DNA from: Candidatus Gottesmanbacteria bacterium
GTDB taxonomy: Bacteria; Patescibacteriota; Microgenomatia; 2-02-FULL-39-11
Assembly: GCA_016195685.1 (NCBI GenBank)
Contig: JACPZE010000003.1
Coordinates: forward strand, 899-64,898
Reading direction: 5' to 3'
Length of the DNA: 64,000 bases
Part shown: positions 20,216-30,520 of the stretch, in pieces
Layout: each line of letters begins with the position of its first letter
Numbering within the stretch: position 1 is the stretch's first letter
The notes under the pieces: model-generated
Database searches by the model: none
Seen by the model: only the letters and a program-made list of their open reading frames with translations
Told to the model about the DNA's origin: nothing
Program-made: the position numbers and the translations under genes

Positions 20216-21511
20216 TTATTTTACTAAAGTTTCAATTGCCGTTTCAAGTTGTAGATCTTCATCTGATTTATTGTCGTCATTTTCTACTTTTATATCCGGT
20301 GTAATACCACTTCCGTTGATCCATTTACCGTTGGGAAGTAACCACTTGGCCGTGGTGATATGGATACCCGCTCCACCTGGCAATTCTTGAGCTTCTTGAA
20401 CGCTTCCTTTTCCAAATGATGCTTCACCTACAATTTTTGCCCGACCCCGCACCTGAAGAGCTCCAGCAACAATTTCACTGGCGGAAGCGCTTCCCTTATT
20501 TACCAACACAACCATCGGGATATCCGTAAATTTTCCTTTCCTGTCTACTTCATATGATTGCTTTCCACTTGCGATAGATTCCTGGGTGACAACAGTACCG
20601 TCTTTTAGAAATTCTGAAGCTATAAATATTGAGCCGGAAAGGTATCCACCGGGATTGTTGCGCAAATCAAATACCAATCCCTTGATTTTATTTTGGGAAT
20701 TTGCAATCTTGGTTTTGATATCAGTCACTGCTTTATTCCACTCATCTGTGGTTTGATCACCAAAGCGTGTCAACCGCAAATCTATGACTTGCCCACAATC
20801 TGTACAGTCGTCTTTCACAATTTTGATTTTTGTTTTACCTGATTCAGATGCAACAATTGATGATTGATTTTTGAATTTTAATGTTTCCCATTCAACCGAG
20901 GCTACACTGATAGTATCTCTCATCACAGAAATATCAACCGGCTTTGCACCGTCTTTGTGCAAAATATTTAAAACCACACTACTGCCTTTTGTCCCGCGAA
21001 TCTTAGATACCGCTTCTGGCAAAGTCCAATTGGAAGTATCCTTACCATCGACTTTTACAATCCAATCGCCAGCCCGAAGACCTGACTTTTCGGCGGGAGT
21101 ACCTTTAAGTGGAGCTACTATAACTATTTTTTTGTCCTTTATACCAAGCTGTGCTCCGATACCTTCGAATTTCCCTCCCAAGTCATCTTTGACTTCTTGA
21201 TTTTGATCTGGAGGAAGAAATACAGTATACGGATCACCTAGAGAAGAAACAACACCCGATATGGCACCGTATACCATCTTTTGGTAATCCAATGCTTTTT
21301 TATCTATATAATATCGATTTAATCTGTCCCAAACATCCCAAAAAAGAGAAAAATCAACAGAGGTAGGTTTGACGGGTATATTGCCTACGATTGGAGTATT
21401 TTGTAGTATTTCTCGTCCGACTCCCCTTGCTCCCGCACGATATCCCACTCCCATCGCAACAACCATTAGAGCTAATATTAAAAATAAATTACGCAAAGTT
21501 TTCAAAGACAT
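20216..21511 (-). CDS. S41-family C-terminal processing peptidase with PDZ domain
   Basis: S41 motifs LVNKGSASASEIVAGALQ and PDZ segment; N-terminal signal anchor. Confidence 0.85.
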   Translation of the reverse strand: MSLKTLRNLFLILALMVVAMGVGYRAGARGVGREILQNTPIVGNIPVKPTSVDFSLFWDVWDRLNRYYIDKKALDYQKMVYGAISGVVSSLGDPYTVFLPPDQNQEVKDDLGGKFEGIGAQLGIKDKKIVIVAPLKGTPAEKSGLRAGDWIVKVDGKDTSNWTLPEAVSKIRGTKGSSVVLNILHKDGAKPVDISVMRDTISVASVEWETLKFKNQSSIVASESGKTKIKIVKDDCTDCGQVIDLRLTRFGDQTTDEWNKAVTDIKTKIANSQNKIKGLVFDLRNNPGGYLSGSIFIASEFLKDGTVVTQESIASGKQSYEVDRKGKFTDIPMVVLVNKGSASASEIVAGALQVRGRAKIVGEASFGKGSVQEAQELPGGAGIHITTAKWLLPNGKWINGSGITPDIKVENDDNKSDEDLQLETAIETLVK

Positions 21512-21512
21512 A

Positions 21513-22238
21513 TTAATCTAGAATTACTATCTGTTTCTGGTTAGGTCTTAACCAAACTTTTTTCTTATCACAGTTTATCAGTTTCTCAAAAATATTTTCT
21601 TCAACCAAAATCCAGGGTAAAATAGTATCTCCTTTTATTTTTTGCATCACCATTCCTTTTACTCCGATTACTGAAAACTTTACTAATGTTGCTTCTTGTG
21701 CATATTTGCATAAAACTACAGATTCTTCAAGATTATCGTGACTTTCCAATACGCCTACGACATCACCTTTTAAATATTTTAATTCACCCATTACATCCTT
21801 ACCATCACCTTTTATTCCTTTTACGCTTTGGTTTTTCACTTCAATTTCAATAGCAAATTTACCTATAGCCATAATCTTACCGGAAACTGGAGACACCAAA
21901 TCTTTTTTCGCATCAATGGAATATTTGGTAAGACTGATTGTACCTTTTGACAAATCCATTTCCAAAAGTTCTCCGTCTATCGGGCTTTTAACTATTGTGG
22001 AGGAAAAAAATCCTTTTTTTTCTGCAATTATATCTCCCGCATGAATCTTGTCTCCTACTTTTCTCTGAAGATACCCTGCAATTTTTGCACTGTTTACTCC
22101 TAGTAATTTTGCCAAGTGGATTGTTTCTAGATTGTGGACTTCATCAAACTTTGCCAAAGTAGTCTTATCGGTAATATGATCTCCTTCCTTAACTAATATC
22201 TTTGCGGAAGAAGTTATAGGCAGTGTTATGATACTCAT
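21513..22238 (-). CDS. hypothetical protein co-transcribed with rpsR
   Basis: ORF only; possible barrel-sandwich-like N-terminus; no confident family. Confidence 0.35.
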   Translation of the reverse strand: MSIITLPITSSAKILVKEGDHITDKTTLAKFDEVHNLETIHLAKLLGVNSAKIAGYLQRKVGDKIHAGDIIAEKKGFFSSTIVKSPIDGELLEMDLSKGTISLTKYSIDAKKDLVSPVSGKIMAIGKFAIEIEVKNQSVKGIKGDGKDVMGELKYLKGDVVGVLESHDNLEESVVLCKYAQEATLVKFSVIGVKGMVMQKIKGDTILPWILVEENIFEKLINCDKKKVWLRPNQKQIVILD

Positions 22239-22487
22239 TTATGAGGGACGGACTAAATAAGGAATTAAAGCGAGAAATCTTGCTTGCTTGATAGAAGAAG
22301 CAAGAAGTCTTTGGTGTTTTTGACAAACGCCACTACTTCCCCTTGGTATAATTTTACCTCTTTCGGTTATAAAATGTTCCAAAGTGGCCGTTTCTTTGTA
22401 GTCCGGAACAATTTTTTGCTTGCAATACAAGCAATTTGTCGGTACTCGCTTCACTATTCGCCTGGTTTTTTTAAATGGTTTTTTCAT
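22239..22487 (-). CDS. rpsR: 30S ribosomal protein S18
   Basis: YKETATLEHFITERGKIIPRGSSGVCQKHQRLLASSIKQARFLALIPY matches S18. Confidence 0.85.
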   Translation of the reverse strand: MKKPFKKTRRIVKRVPTNCLYCKQKIVPDYKETATLEHFITERGKIIPRGSSGVCQKHQRLLASSIKQARFLALIPYLVRPS

Positions 22488-22494
22488 AATTTAT

Positions 22495-23094
22495 TTAAAA
22501 TGGTATATCGTCGGGAGTAATATCCTCGGTCATTGGTTTTTCTTCTTCTTTTTCTTCTTTCTTCTTATCAGTAGGTTTTTTACCGGAAGGCGCTTGGGCA
22601 ACTGCTTTTTTCTCTTTCGGCTTGTCCTGCGAAGTATTTTCACCTTGGGGAACTACATCGGCTTTCACATCGACTTCGGGTACTTTAACTGGTTCAGCCG
22701 CTACCTTCACCGTTGGTTCTGCCACCGTTCCTGCCGATTCACCTTCCCTTAGGAGTCTTTTGGAATCGAGGATAATCATATCCTCTATCACTACTTCGGT
22801 TGTCATTCTTTGCGTCCCATCTTGGCCTGTCCAACTGTGGGTAGAAAGCCTGCCTTCTACGTAAGTTTTTCTACCTTTTGCCAAAAGTTGTGCACACAAT
22901 TCTCCTAATTTATTCCATGCCACAATCCTGTGAAATTCCGTTTCCTCTTTTGTCTCACCTGTCTGTGTAGTCCAGCTTCTGTTGGTAGCTAATCCAAATG
23001 TACAAACAGCCGTCCCGGCAGGTGTGTAACGGAGTTCCGGATCCCTAGTCAAATTCCCTATCAAAATAACCTTGTTTAACGATCGTGCCGACAT
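22495..23094 (-). CDS. ssb: single-stranded DNA-binding protein
   Basis: OB-fold N-terminus (LNKVILIGNLTRDPELRYTPAG), Gly/Pro-rich linker, acidic tail ending DDIPF. Confidence 0.9.
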   Translation of the reverse strand: MSARSLNKVILIGNLTRDPELRYTPAGTAVCTFGLATNRSWTTQTGETKEETEFHRIVAWNKLGELCAQLLAKGRKTYVEGRLSTHSWTGQDGTQRMTTEVVIEDMIILDSKRLLREGESAGTVAEPTVKVAAEPVKVPEVDVKADVVPQGENTSQDKPKEKKAVAQAPSGKKPTDKKKEEKEEEKPMTEDITPDDIPF

Positions 23095-23096
23095 AG

Positions 23097-23384
23097 TTAT
23101 TGATTTCTGATAACCAAATATCTCAAAACATCAACATTCAATGCCAATTTCTTGTTGATGGGAGCAGATTCTTTCCCTTCCACTGTAAACTTTATTATAT
23201 AATAAAATCCTTCCGTTTCTTTTTTTATGGAATAGGCTAATTTTTTTTTGCCCAAAAGTTTAGCCTCATCCGCTTTGCCGGAAACCGAAGTAATGTATTT
23301 TTTCACTTCATCCAGCACTTTTTTCTGCTTTTCCTCAGCAAGTTTAGCGCTTAAAAGCAATGCTAATTCGTAACTGTATAACAT
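23097..23384 (-). CDS. rpsF: 30S ribosomal protein S6
   Basis: S6-like sequence and the conserved rpsF-ssb-rpsR order. Confidence 0.8.
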   Translation of the reverse strand: MLYSYELALLLSAKLAEEKQKKVLDEVKKYITSVSGKADEAKLLGKKKLAYSIKKETEGFYYIIKFTVEGKESAPINKKLALNVDVLRYLVIRNQ

Positions 23385-23602
23385 AGGGGAAAGTATAACA
23401 TAACTTAGTTAAAAATTAAATACCAATTAGTTAATTTGTTAATTAGTTACTTGGTTACTTAGACAGTTAATTAAAGAGAAAGGATGGAATAAATTTTGAA
23501 GATCTTTGCAATTGAGCGCGAGAATACTAAGATTTATGGATAGAAGCTAAGGGCTATTCCGAACGCGAACTGCAGAGTCTGAAAAATTTATTCCTGATTA
23601 AG

Positions 23603-24679
23603 TTATGCATTTACTTTAAACTCAACAACATCACCATCTCTTATAATATAATCACGCCCTTCCATCCTCACTTTTCCCACCTCTCTGCACTTCGTCCATC
23701 CTCCATATTTTACAAATTCATCAAAAGAAACAGTATCAGACTTTATAAATCCTTTTTCAAAATCGGTATGGATGACTCCAGCAGCTTGTGGCGCCTTCAT
23801 CCCTTTCTCTATTGTCCATGCTCTCACTTCTTTTTCTCCGCAGGTAAGAAATGAGATAAGACCTAGTGACTCATAAGCAAGTCTAATTAGCCTATCCAAT
23901 CCGGCTTCTTTCATACCGAGCTCTGCGAGGTATGCCATTTGTTCTTCTTCGGACAAACTGGATAATTCCGATTCAATCTTGGCCGAGATAGACATGATTG
24001 GCTTTAAACCAAAGGTATCTTGCAATTCCTTTGCTATTGCACCCTCCGCAACATTTGCTACATAAATCACAGGTTTCATCGTCAACAAATGCAAATCTTT
24101 TATTGCTTCCTTTTCCTCATCAGTTAGATTTACGTCTTTTGCTAAAATGCCTTTATCTAATTCATTTATAAGTTTCCCAACTAGTTCCGGAGTAAATTTC
24201 ACTTCCTTATTTTTTGTATCTTTGTTTTTTGAAAGAGTTTGCAGGTCTGCCAAAATAAGTTCTGCTTTTATAATCTCAACATCGCGTTTCGCATCCACGC
24301 TTCCAGAGACATGAATAATATTCGTATCCTCAAAAAACCTAACTACATGACAAATGATATTCACTTCACGAATATGTGACAAGAATTTATTCCCCAATCC
24401 CTCTCCTTCTGCGGCCCCGGAAACGAGTCCCGCGATATCTACAAATTGTACTGTTGCCGGCAATATAGGTGGCAATTTATCCATCTTTATTTCTTCTTTA
24501 GTAATTTTTGCTAGCCTTTCTAAGCGTGGATCCGGTACCGGCACCACTCCAATATTCGGCTCTATGGTAGCAAATGGATAATTGGCCACAAATGCCGTTT
24601 GTCTTTTCAAAAGCGCATTAAAAAGAGTACTTTTTCCTACATTCGGAAGGCCTACTATACCTACTGAAACAGATGACAT
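23603..24679 (-). CDS. ychF: ribosome-binding ATPase YchF (Obg family)
   Basis: G1 motif GIVGLPNVGKSTLFNAL; C-terminal TGS domain. Confidence 0.9.
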   Translation of the reverse strand: MSSVSVGIVGLPNVGKSTLFNALLKRQTAFVANYPFATIEPNIGVVPVPDPRLERLAKITKEEIKMDKLPPILPATVQFVDIAGLVSGAAEGEGLGNKFLSHIREVNIICHVVRFFEDTNIIHVSGSVDAKRDVEIIKAELILADLQTLSKNKDTKNKEVKFTPELVGKLINELDKGILAKDVNLTDEEKEAIKDLHLLTMKPVIYVANVAEGAIAKELQDTFGLKPIMSISAKIESELSSLSEEEQMAYLAELGMKEAGLDRLIRLAYESLGLISFLTCGEKEVRAWTIEKGMKAPQAAGVIHTDFEKGFIKSDTVSFDEFVKYGGWTKCREVGKVRMEGRDYIIRDGDVVEFKVNA

Positions 24680-24774
24680 TTCTAAGATTATATCATCCCT
24701 TTGTGCTGAAGAATAATTAAATTCTGCTTTGATAGAAGATTGTGTATTAGCGCAACTATTAATATACTAGTTAT

Positions 24775-25776
24775 ATGGATAATAACGTTTGGATGGAAAT
24801 TCTTGAATATGCACGATGGTCCGCATCACCCCACAATGTTCAACCATGGAAAATTGAGGTCGTTTCAGCAACTGAAGCAAATATTCTATACGATCCAATA
24901 CGTTTACTACCTGTTGAAGATCCTACAGGTTGTTTTACAACTGCCGGTTTTGGAATGTTCATTGAAAACTTATCTGTTGCTGCCCACAGTAAAGGCTTTA
25001 AAATTGAAGAAAAATATACTGAAACAATTTTAGACCATACGAAAAAAGAATTAACTCCTTTTGCCAAGATAAAATTAGTAAAGACCGATGATAAAGAAAT
25101 ATTCGATAGAGAGCTTATAACAGAGCGCCGTACCTCCAGACTTCCTTATAATGGGAAACCTGTAACCGATGATGTAATAAGGGAACTTGTAAAAATTGCA
25201 ATGGAATTTGGACATACTTTTACATTTAGTAAAGACATGAGGATGATTAATTGGGTATTAACGCTTAATAGAGATACCATTTTTTATGATATGAATGATG
25301 CTGAATCAAGAAATGAAATAGGTTTATGGCTACGGTATTCAGCAGAAGATGCTCACAAAAAGAATGATGGCTTATGGGCTCATTGTATGAATTTCCCAGG
25401 AGCACTTATGTACCTTTTTTTTCATACACGCTGGTTATTTAATTTTCCTATAATAAACTCTTTTGTTAAATATTTATATTTGCAATCAACATCAGGAACG
25501 CGTACAGTTGCTTGGCTATCTGGACCATTCAATACACCTTATGACTGGTTAAATGCAGGACACATGCTTGCTCGCTTGTGGCTCTGTATGACCAAACACC
25601 ATGTATATCTTCATCCATTTGGATCTATTATTACTAACAAAAAGTCGCATAAACGATTACGAGAAAAATTTAATGTTGAAGAAAAAACCAATAAAATATG
25701 GTTAATCGTTCGGTTGGGATACAGCAAATTACCACCTCGCAGTCTACGATTAAGTGTGGCAGATATTTTAGTATAA
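24775..25776 (+). CDS. nitroreductase-superfamily protein (extended, two-lobed)
   Basis: N-terminal nitroreductase signature EYARWSASPHNVQPWKIEVV; 333 aa, roughly twice a single nitroreductase domain. Confidence 0.55.
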   Translation: MDNNVWMEILEYARWSASPHNVQPWKIEVVSATEANILYDPIRLLPVEDPTGCFTTAGFGMFIENLSVAAHSKGFKIEEKYTETILDHTKKELTPFAKIKLVKTDDKEIFDRELITERRTSRLPYNGKPVTDDVIRELVKIAMEFGHTFTFSKDMRMINWVLTLNRDTIFYDMNDAESRNEIGLWLRYSAEDAHKKNDGLWAHCMNFPGALMYLFFHTRWLFNFPIINSFVKYLYLQSTSGTRTVAWLSGPFNTPYDWLNAGHMLARLWLCMTKHHVYLHPFGSIITNKKSHKRLREKFNVEEKTNKIWLIVRLGYSKLPPRSLRLSVADILV

Positions 25777-25778
25777 AT

Positions 25779-27287
25779 ATGAAGCAAAAAATCATTTTTT
25801 CATTTCTTAAACTTGCTAAAATTATTCGTAATCTATCATCATCTTCTGATAAAGCATATAAACTCTTGTTTACTCCTGGGTTTGAAAATTTTCGTTGGAT
25901 GATAGGAAAATGGAAAGCATGGCAAGTTTTTGAACATGCAAAAACAACAACTCCCGCATATAAAGATTTCCTTGTAAAACATCCTAAAGCGAAAATAATT
26001 ATGAGCGGTTGGAATCCTGACTTATCTTCGATTCCTGTGATGGATAAAGAATCATATATCAAAAAGTATTCTATTGAATCAAGATGCATAAATGGACTTA
26101 TTCCTTCGCAAGGCGTTGTAATTGATGAATCCTCTGGCACCAGCGGAACGCCAAATAATTGGGTCAGGGGACCAAAAGAAAGAGCAGACGTTAAAAAAGC
26201 ATTGCAGGTTGCCCTCCACTTTCATTTTGGGGACAAACCAATATTTATTATAAATGCTTTTGCACTTGGCCCATGGGCAACAGGCATGAATGTTTCGATG
26301 TCGCTTGTTGATATATCCGTACTTAAATCGACAGGTCCAGATATTAAAAAAATTGAAAACACTTTAAACTTTTTTGGCCCAAAGTATAATTATGTCATTA
26401 TGGGTTACCCGCCCTTTCTGAAATCTTTAGTTGACAGTACAACGGTTGATTGGAAAAAATTTAAAATTACTGCAGTTTTTGGTGGAGAAGGAATGAGTGA
26501 AGGAATGAGAACATACTTAAATAAGGTTTTCCAAAAATGTTATGGATCATATGGAGCTTCTGATTTGGAAATTAATATTGCAGCAGAAAATGATTTTACA
26601 ATTGCCTTGCGTCAATTACTCATTGAAAATAAAGAGCTGACAAATAAAATTATAAAAAATCATAACAGCTCTATACCTATGATATTTCAATATAATCCTT
26701 TGGATTATTTTATTGAAAACAATGATTCGGGCGAACTTATAGTAACACTCTGTCGTCTTGCAAATGTTTCTCCAAAGATTAGATATAATATTCATGATAC
26801 TGGCCATGTACTACGATTCTCACAACTCAAAAAAATCTTGGATGAATGTAAAATCAAAATTGCTGATATTTGTAAAGAATATTCTGATCTGCCTCTTCTT
26901 TTTCACTACGGCAGAGCAGATATGGCTGTTGCATTTTATGGATGTAAAATTACTCCTAGCGACATACAGGAAATTATTTACAATAACCCCGATTTAGCTA
27001 AAATAATTAGTTCGTTCTCTTTGATCACTTCTGAAGATGAGAATGCAAATAAGAAATTGACATTGGCACTGGAAATGGCTGAGGGGAAAGAATTAATTGC
27101 AAAGAATATTGAAATGTATCGAGAAGAAATTTTTGAGCACTTGAAAATTATAAATCAAGACTATAGGGAAGCTTCAAAGATGATACCAAAAGGATTTGAA
27201 CCGGGGTTAGAATTTTATGCTTTTGGAGCTGGTCCTTTTGCGACCAATGATATTCGATTAAAAAAACATTATATCCAGAATCGTTAA
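25779..27287 (+). CDS. ANL-superfamily adenylate-forming enzyme of the GH3/PaaK (F390-synthetase-like) type
   Basis: adenylation P-loop-like SSGTSGTPNNW; YGASDLE; GELIVT...RYNIHDTGHV resembling GH3 YELVVT...RYRLGD; start at internal ATG 25779 just after previous stop. Confidence 0.6.
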   Translation: MKQKIIFSFLKLAKIIRNLSSSSDKAYKLLFTPGFENFRWMIGKWKAWQVFEHAKTTTPAYKDFLVKHPKAKIIMSGWNPDLSSIPVMDKESYIKKYSIESRCINGLIPSQGVVIDESSGTSGTPNNWVRGPKERADVKKALQVALHFHFGDKPIFIINAFALGPWATGMNVSMSLVDISVLKSTGPDIKKIENTLNFFGPKYNYVIMGYPPFLKSLVDSTTVDWKKFKITAVFGGEGMSEGMRTYLNKVFQKCYGSYGASDLEINIAAENDFTIALRQLLIENKELTNKIIKNHNSSIPMIFQYNPLDYFIENNDSGELIVTLCRLANVSPKIRYNIHDTGHVLRFSQLKKILDECKIKIADICKEYSDLPLLFHYGRADMAVAFYGCKITPSDIQEIIYNNPDLAKIISSFSLITSEDENANKKLTLALEMAEGKELIAKNIEMYREEIFEHLKIINQDYREASKMIPKGFEPGLEFYAFGAGPFATNDIRLKKHYIQNR

Positions 27288-27294
27288 TTCTTTT

Positions 27295-27849
27295 ATGAAT
27301 GTAGAAACAACTAGTCAAAAATTGGTCAACGGATTATTACTGGAACAGACCATTGAGTTTTTGAAAACTAAAAAGGGTGAAAACGCTGTTTCAGAACTGG
27401 AAAAATCACTCGGCCCATTTATTTTTGATCAATACCGTATGTATCCGGTCGAGCAATTAATTTTATTGCAACGAGAAGTTGTAAAATCAGCCTTTGGCAG
27501 CGAATCTGATGAGGGATATTATATTTTGGGAAAGAATGCTTTCGACAAGTATGCTCATACTTTGGTTGGGGCGACTTTGACAAATATTTCTTCTTCCCCA
27601 ATTGAAGTTTTAAAGAAAATCCAGGATATTTGGAATTCAGTCGTTAATTTCGGAACAAGGAAATTGATTGAAGCAGACGAAGTAAAAGGCAAGGCAATAA
27701 TTGAAATTGCGGATGACCCCAGAAACTATTCTTATTTACGCGGGGTGATTGAAGGGGGGTTAAATGCAACACATGTAATTAATCCTTCAACCAAAATTAT
27801 TTACAAAGATAACAATAAATACGATATAGAAATAACATGGCAACCCTAA
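27295..27849 (+). CDS. hypothetical protein (184 aa), third gene of the module
   Basis: ORF only; 8-nt spacing from upstream gene. Confidence 0.4.
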   Translation: MNVETTSQKLVNGLLLEQTIEFLKTKKGENAVSELEKSLGPFIFDQYRMYPVEQLILLQREVVKSAFGSESDEGYYILGKNAFDKYAHTLVGATLTNISSSPIEVLKKIQDIWNSVVNFGTRKLIEADEVKGKAIIEIADDPRNYSYLRGVIEGGLNATHVINPSTKIIYKDNNKYDIEITWQP

Positions 27850-27861
27850 AAGTAGTATAAG

Positions 27862-27900
27862 AACAAAGGATTTATCTTTTCTTTGTTTTTTTCTTTTTTT
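27862..27900 (+). terminator. intrinsic terminator after the three-gene module
   Basis: hairpin aacaaagg-atttatctttt-ctttgtt followed by a long T-run. Confidence 0.5.
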
Positions 27901-27951
27901 TCATCATAACTATTTTCACCTCCTTTTTCTACAATTAATCTGTCAGGTAAC

Positions 27952-28989
27952 TTACTCTACTGATTCTCTTAAGCTCTTCAAAAAACACGTGAGTAATTTA
28001 ATGCAATTTACCACATCATTCCAGCAAAATAATTCTCCAGGAAAGTGTGTGTACCTTACCGGTATACCAACAACAATAGTAGCAGTTCCTATACCACTAA
28101 TTTGAATAGGATCGGCATCAGTTGCCGTGGGTCCTGCATCTGCTTCTACCTGATAAGGAATACTTTCTCTTTTTGCAATTTCTTTTAGAATAAAAAATAA
28201 ATCGGGATTTGTATTGCTCCCTCTTGTAATAACTGGTCCTTCTCCGAGTACAATTCTTCCAATTTCTTCTTTATCTGCTATGGGAGTATCGGTTGCTCTA
28301 ATAGTATCAATAATTATTGAATATTTTGGCTGTATGTGATTTACTGCAGGCTGTGCTCCACGCGAACCAACTTCTTCTTGTGTAGTTGTTACTGCGTATA
28401 GACTCACATTTGGATTTGGCTTTTGTGATAAGGTATGAATAAGTTGAATTAGGGCATATACTCCTAGTTTATCGTCTGCGCCTCTGGCTAAAATAAATGA
28501 GTCTTGTAAAACTTTACAAGAGGTATCAAAAGTAACTGTATCTCCTATTGCAACTAATTGTGCTGCCTTCTTATTTGCACCAATATCAATCCATAAGTCT
28601 TTATAAGGAATGCTCTTTTCCGACTCTTTAGTACTGGCAGTATCCCAAACTTCTTCTCGTCCAATAATACCAGGTACTATCCCATTTGATGTATGAATAT
28701 TGACGGCTTGACCCACAGCAATATCTGCATCAATACCTCCAACAGGTTGAAAATAAATAAAACCCTCATCGTTAATAAATGTAATAATGAAACCTACTTC
28801 ATCCGCATGAGCTGTAATGAGTACCTTTTGAGGTCCCTGTCCAACTTGCACTGTAAAATTATTTAGTATATCGGCAAATTTAATTTCGGAGTATGCAGAT
28901 AATTCTTTTGCAACAAGTTTTTGAAAAAGTGATTCATTTCCAGAAATACTGGGAATTGCAACAAGTTTTTGAAATAATTCATCAACCAT
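27952..28989 (-). CDS. M42-family aminopeptidase (FrvX/CelM-like)
   Basis: HADEVGFIITFI metal-binding motif and overall M42 architecture. Confidence 0.8.
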   Translation of the reverse strand: MVDELFQKLVAIPSISGNESLFQKLVAKELSAYSEIKFADILNNFTVQVGQGPQKVLITAHADEVGFIITFINDEGFIYFQPVGGIDADIAVGQAVNIHTSNGIVPGIIGREEVWDTASTKESEKSIPYKDLWIDIGANKKAAQLVAIGDTVTFDTSCKVLQDSFILARGADDKLGVYALIQLIHTLSQKPNPNVSLYAVTTTQEEVGSRGAQPAVNHIQPKYSIIIDTIRATDTPIADKEEIGRIVLGEGPVITRGSNTNPDLFFILKEIAKRESIPYQVEADAGPTATDADPIQISGIGTATIVVGIPVRYTHFPGELFCWNDVVNCIKLLTCFLKSLRESVE

Positions 28990-29156
28990 AACTATAATAT
29001 TAGTATAGCATGATTGTTTTTTAAATAATCCAGTGTGGATATTAAATTAATTGGACTCATTGTTTAGAATGAACTATTCTCACTCACTCGTCCCTTCATG
29101 AAGTTTATATAACAGAGTGGAAAACATTATTGACATAAAGTGGAAATACTATAACA

Positions 29157-29783
29157 TTGGAGAAGATGATGTCTAAAAAATTACTCGCGGAATTTATCGG
29201 AACTTTTTCTTTGACGTTTGTCGTACTTCTGTCTTCTGCTACCGACAAATTCCCTATCCCCACTCCTGTTTTTGCAGGTCTGACTCTCGGACTTTTTGTA
29301 TACTTTATAGGAAATATTTCCGGTTGTCATATAAATCCAGCTGTCACACTGGGATTATTATCGATTAAAAAAATTGAGGTATCTGAAGCAGTAAGGTACA
29401 TAATAGCCCAAGTCGCAGGTGCCATACTTGCTTTAATGGTGATGAACACACTCGGTGCTGATGTTACCGGCCAAAGCTTTCTGAAATCCAAATATGTATT
29501 CGTCGGTGAAATTATCGGAACCGCCCTTTTCACTTTTGGAATTGCTTCTGTGGTTCTGGGAAAAATAACAAGCGGAATTAAAGGAGTAATTATAGGTTCT
29601 TCTCTACTTCTGGGAGCCAGCTTTGCAGTCATGATTGGTGCACCGGGATTTTTAAATCCAGCTGTAGCTCTTGGCACCAATTCACTTACAATTACAACAC
29701 TTTTGGGGCCGATAATCGGATCGATAGTTGGTATGCAGCTTTATAAATATCTCATCACAGACAAATCTTCTCAAAAGAAATAG
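29157..29783 (+). CDS. aquaporin (MIP family channel)
   Basis: two NPA boxes (HINPAVTLG and FLNPAVALG); six TM segments. Confidence 0.85.
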   Translation: MEKMMSKKLLAEFIGTFSLTFVVLLSSATDKFPIPTPVFAGLTLGLFVYFIGNISGCHINPAVTLGLLSIKKIEVSEAVRYIIAQVAGAILALMVMNTLGADVTGQSFLKSKYVFVGEIIGTALFTFGIASVVLGKITSGIKGVIIGSSLLLGASFAVMIGAPGFLNPAVALGTNSLTITTLLGPIIGSIVGMQLYKYLITDKSSQKK

Positions 29784-29827
29784 TTATTATTTACTTTTTA
29801 CGCTACGGTTGGAAAAGATGATTTTCA

Positions 29828-30520
29828 TCAAGTGGGCGGTTGGCCAAAGATGGTGATCGCTGTTCCGGGATTTGTATCAGAAGCATTCGTAGTATCACCT
29901 GTGCTTTCTGGTCCTGCCCAATAATAAAGTTTCTTTGCATCCTCAGGCCTTATGTTCACACACCCATGGCTCATGGGGTAACCAAAGTTATTATGCCAAT
30001 ATGCTCCGTGTAGACTAAATCCGCGACCAGCAGATGCGTTTGGACCAGAATAAAACATCGTATAAGGAATATTATATAAATTATAATAAGTCCCATCAGC
30101 CGGGTTTCCACCAGACATATGGGCATATCGTAGTTTTATCCAAATTTTAAACTCCCCTGTGGGAGTAGGAAACCATTTACCAGAAGATATAGGGAATTCC
30201 ATCACTTTTTTATCTCCCGCAAACGCTGAAAGACTCTGTCTTTGTAAATCTACATAAATGTGTTTTTTCTCACTCGTCTCCCCTAATACACCTGATGAAA
30301 TATAATTATCCGCTATATAGTCAGGAGAGTTTACATCTTTACCCATAAATACATTGTTTTTCCCGTACTGGTAGGTAGCAGATAAATCCTTTGCACAGGT
30401 TATGGAATTTGCACAAACAGAAGATTTTCCTGTTAATTTATTAAATAGAAGCACCACAATGAAAATAAAACAGCCAACTACAATCCAGGAAAGAGGGAAA
30501 TGAGATCTTCTTTTAGCCAT
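29828..30520 (-). CDS. L,D-transpeptidase (YkuD family)
   Basis: catalytic motif SHGCVNIRPEDAKKLY; N-terminal membrane anchor. Confidence 0.8.
   Translation of the reverse strand: MAKRRSHFPLSWIVVGCFIFIVVLLFNKLTGKSSVCANSITCAKDLSATYQYGKNNVFMGKDVNSPDYIADNYISSGVLGETSEKKHIYVDLQRQSLSAFAGDKKVMEFPISSGKWFPTPTGEFKIWIKLRYAHMSGGNPADGTYYNLYNIPYTMFYSGPNASAGRGFSLHGAYWHNNFGYPMSHGCVNIRPEDAKKLYYWAGPESTGDTTNASDTNPGTAITIFGQPPT

Noticed and set aside
24740-25033. 97-aa ORF overlapping the start of the nitroreductase-like gene in another frame
   Set aside because: Same-strand overlap with a gene that has a clear family signature; no independent support.
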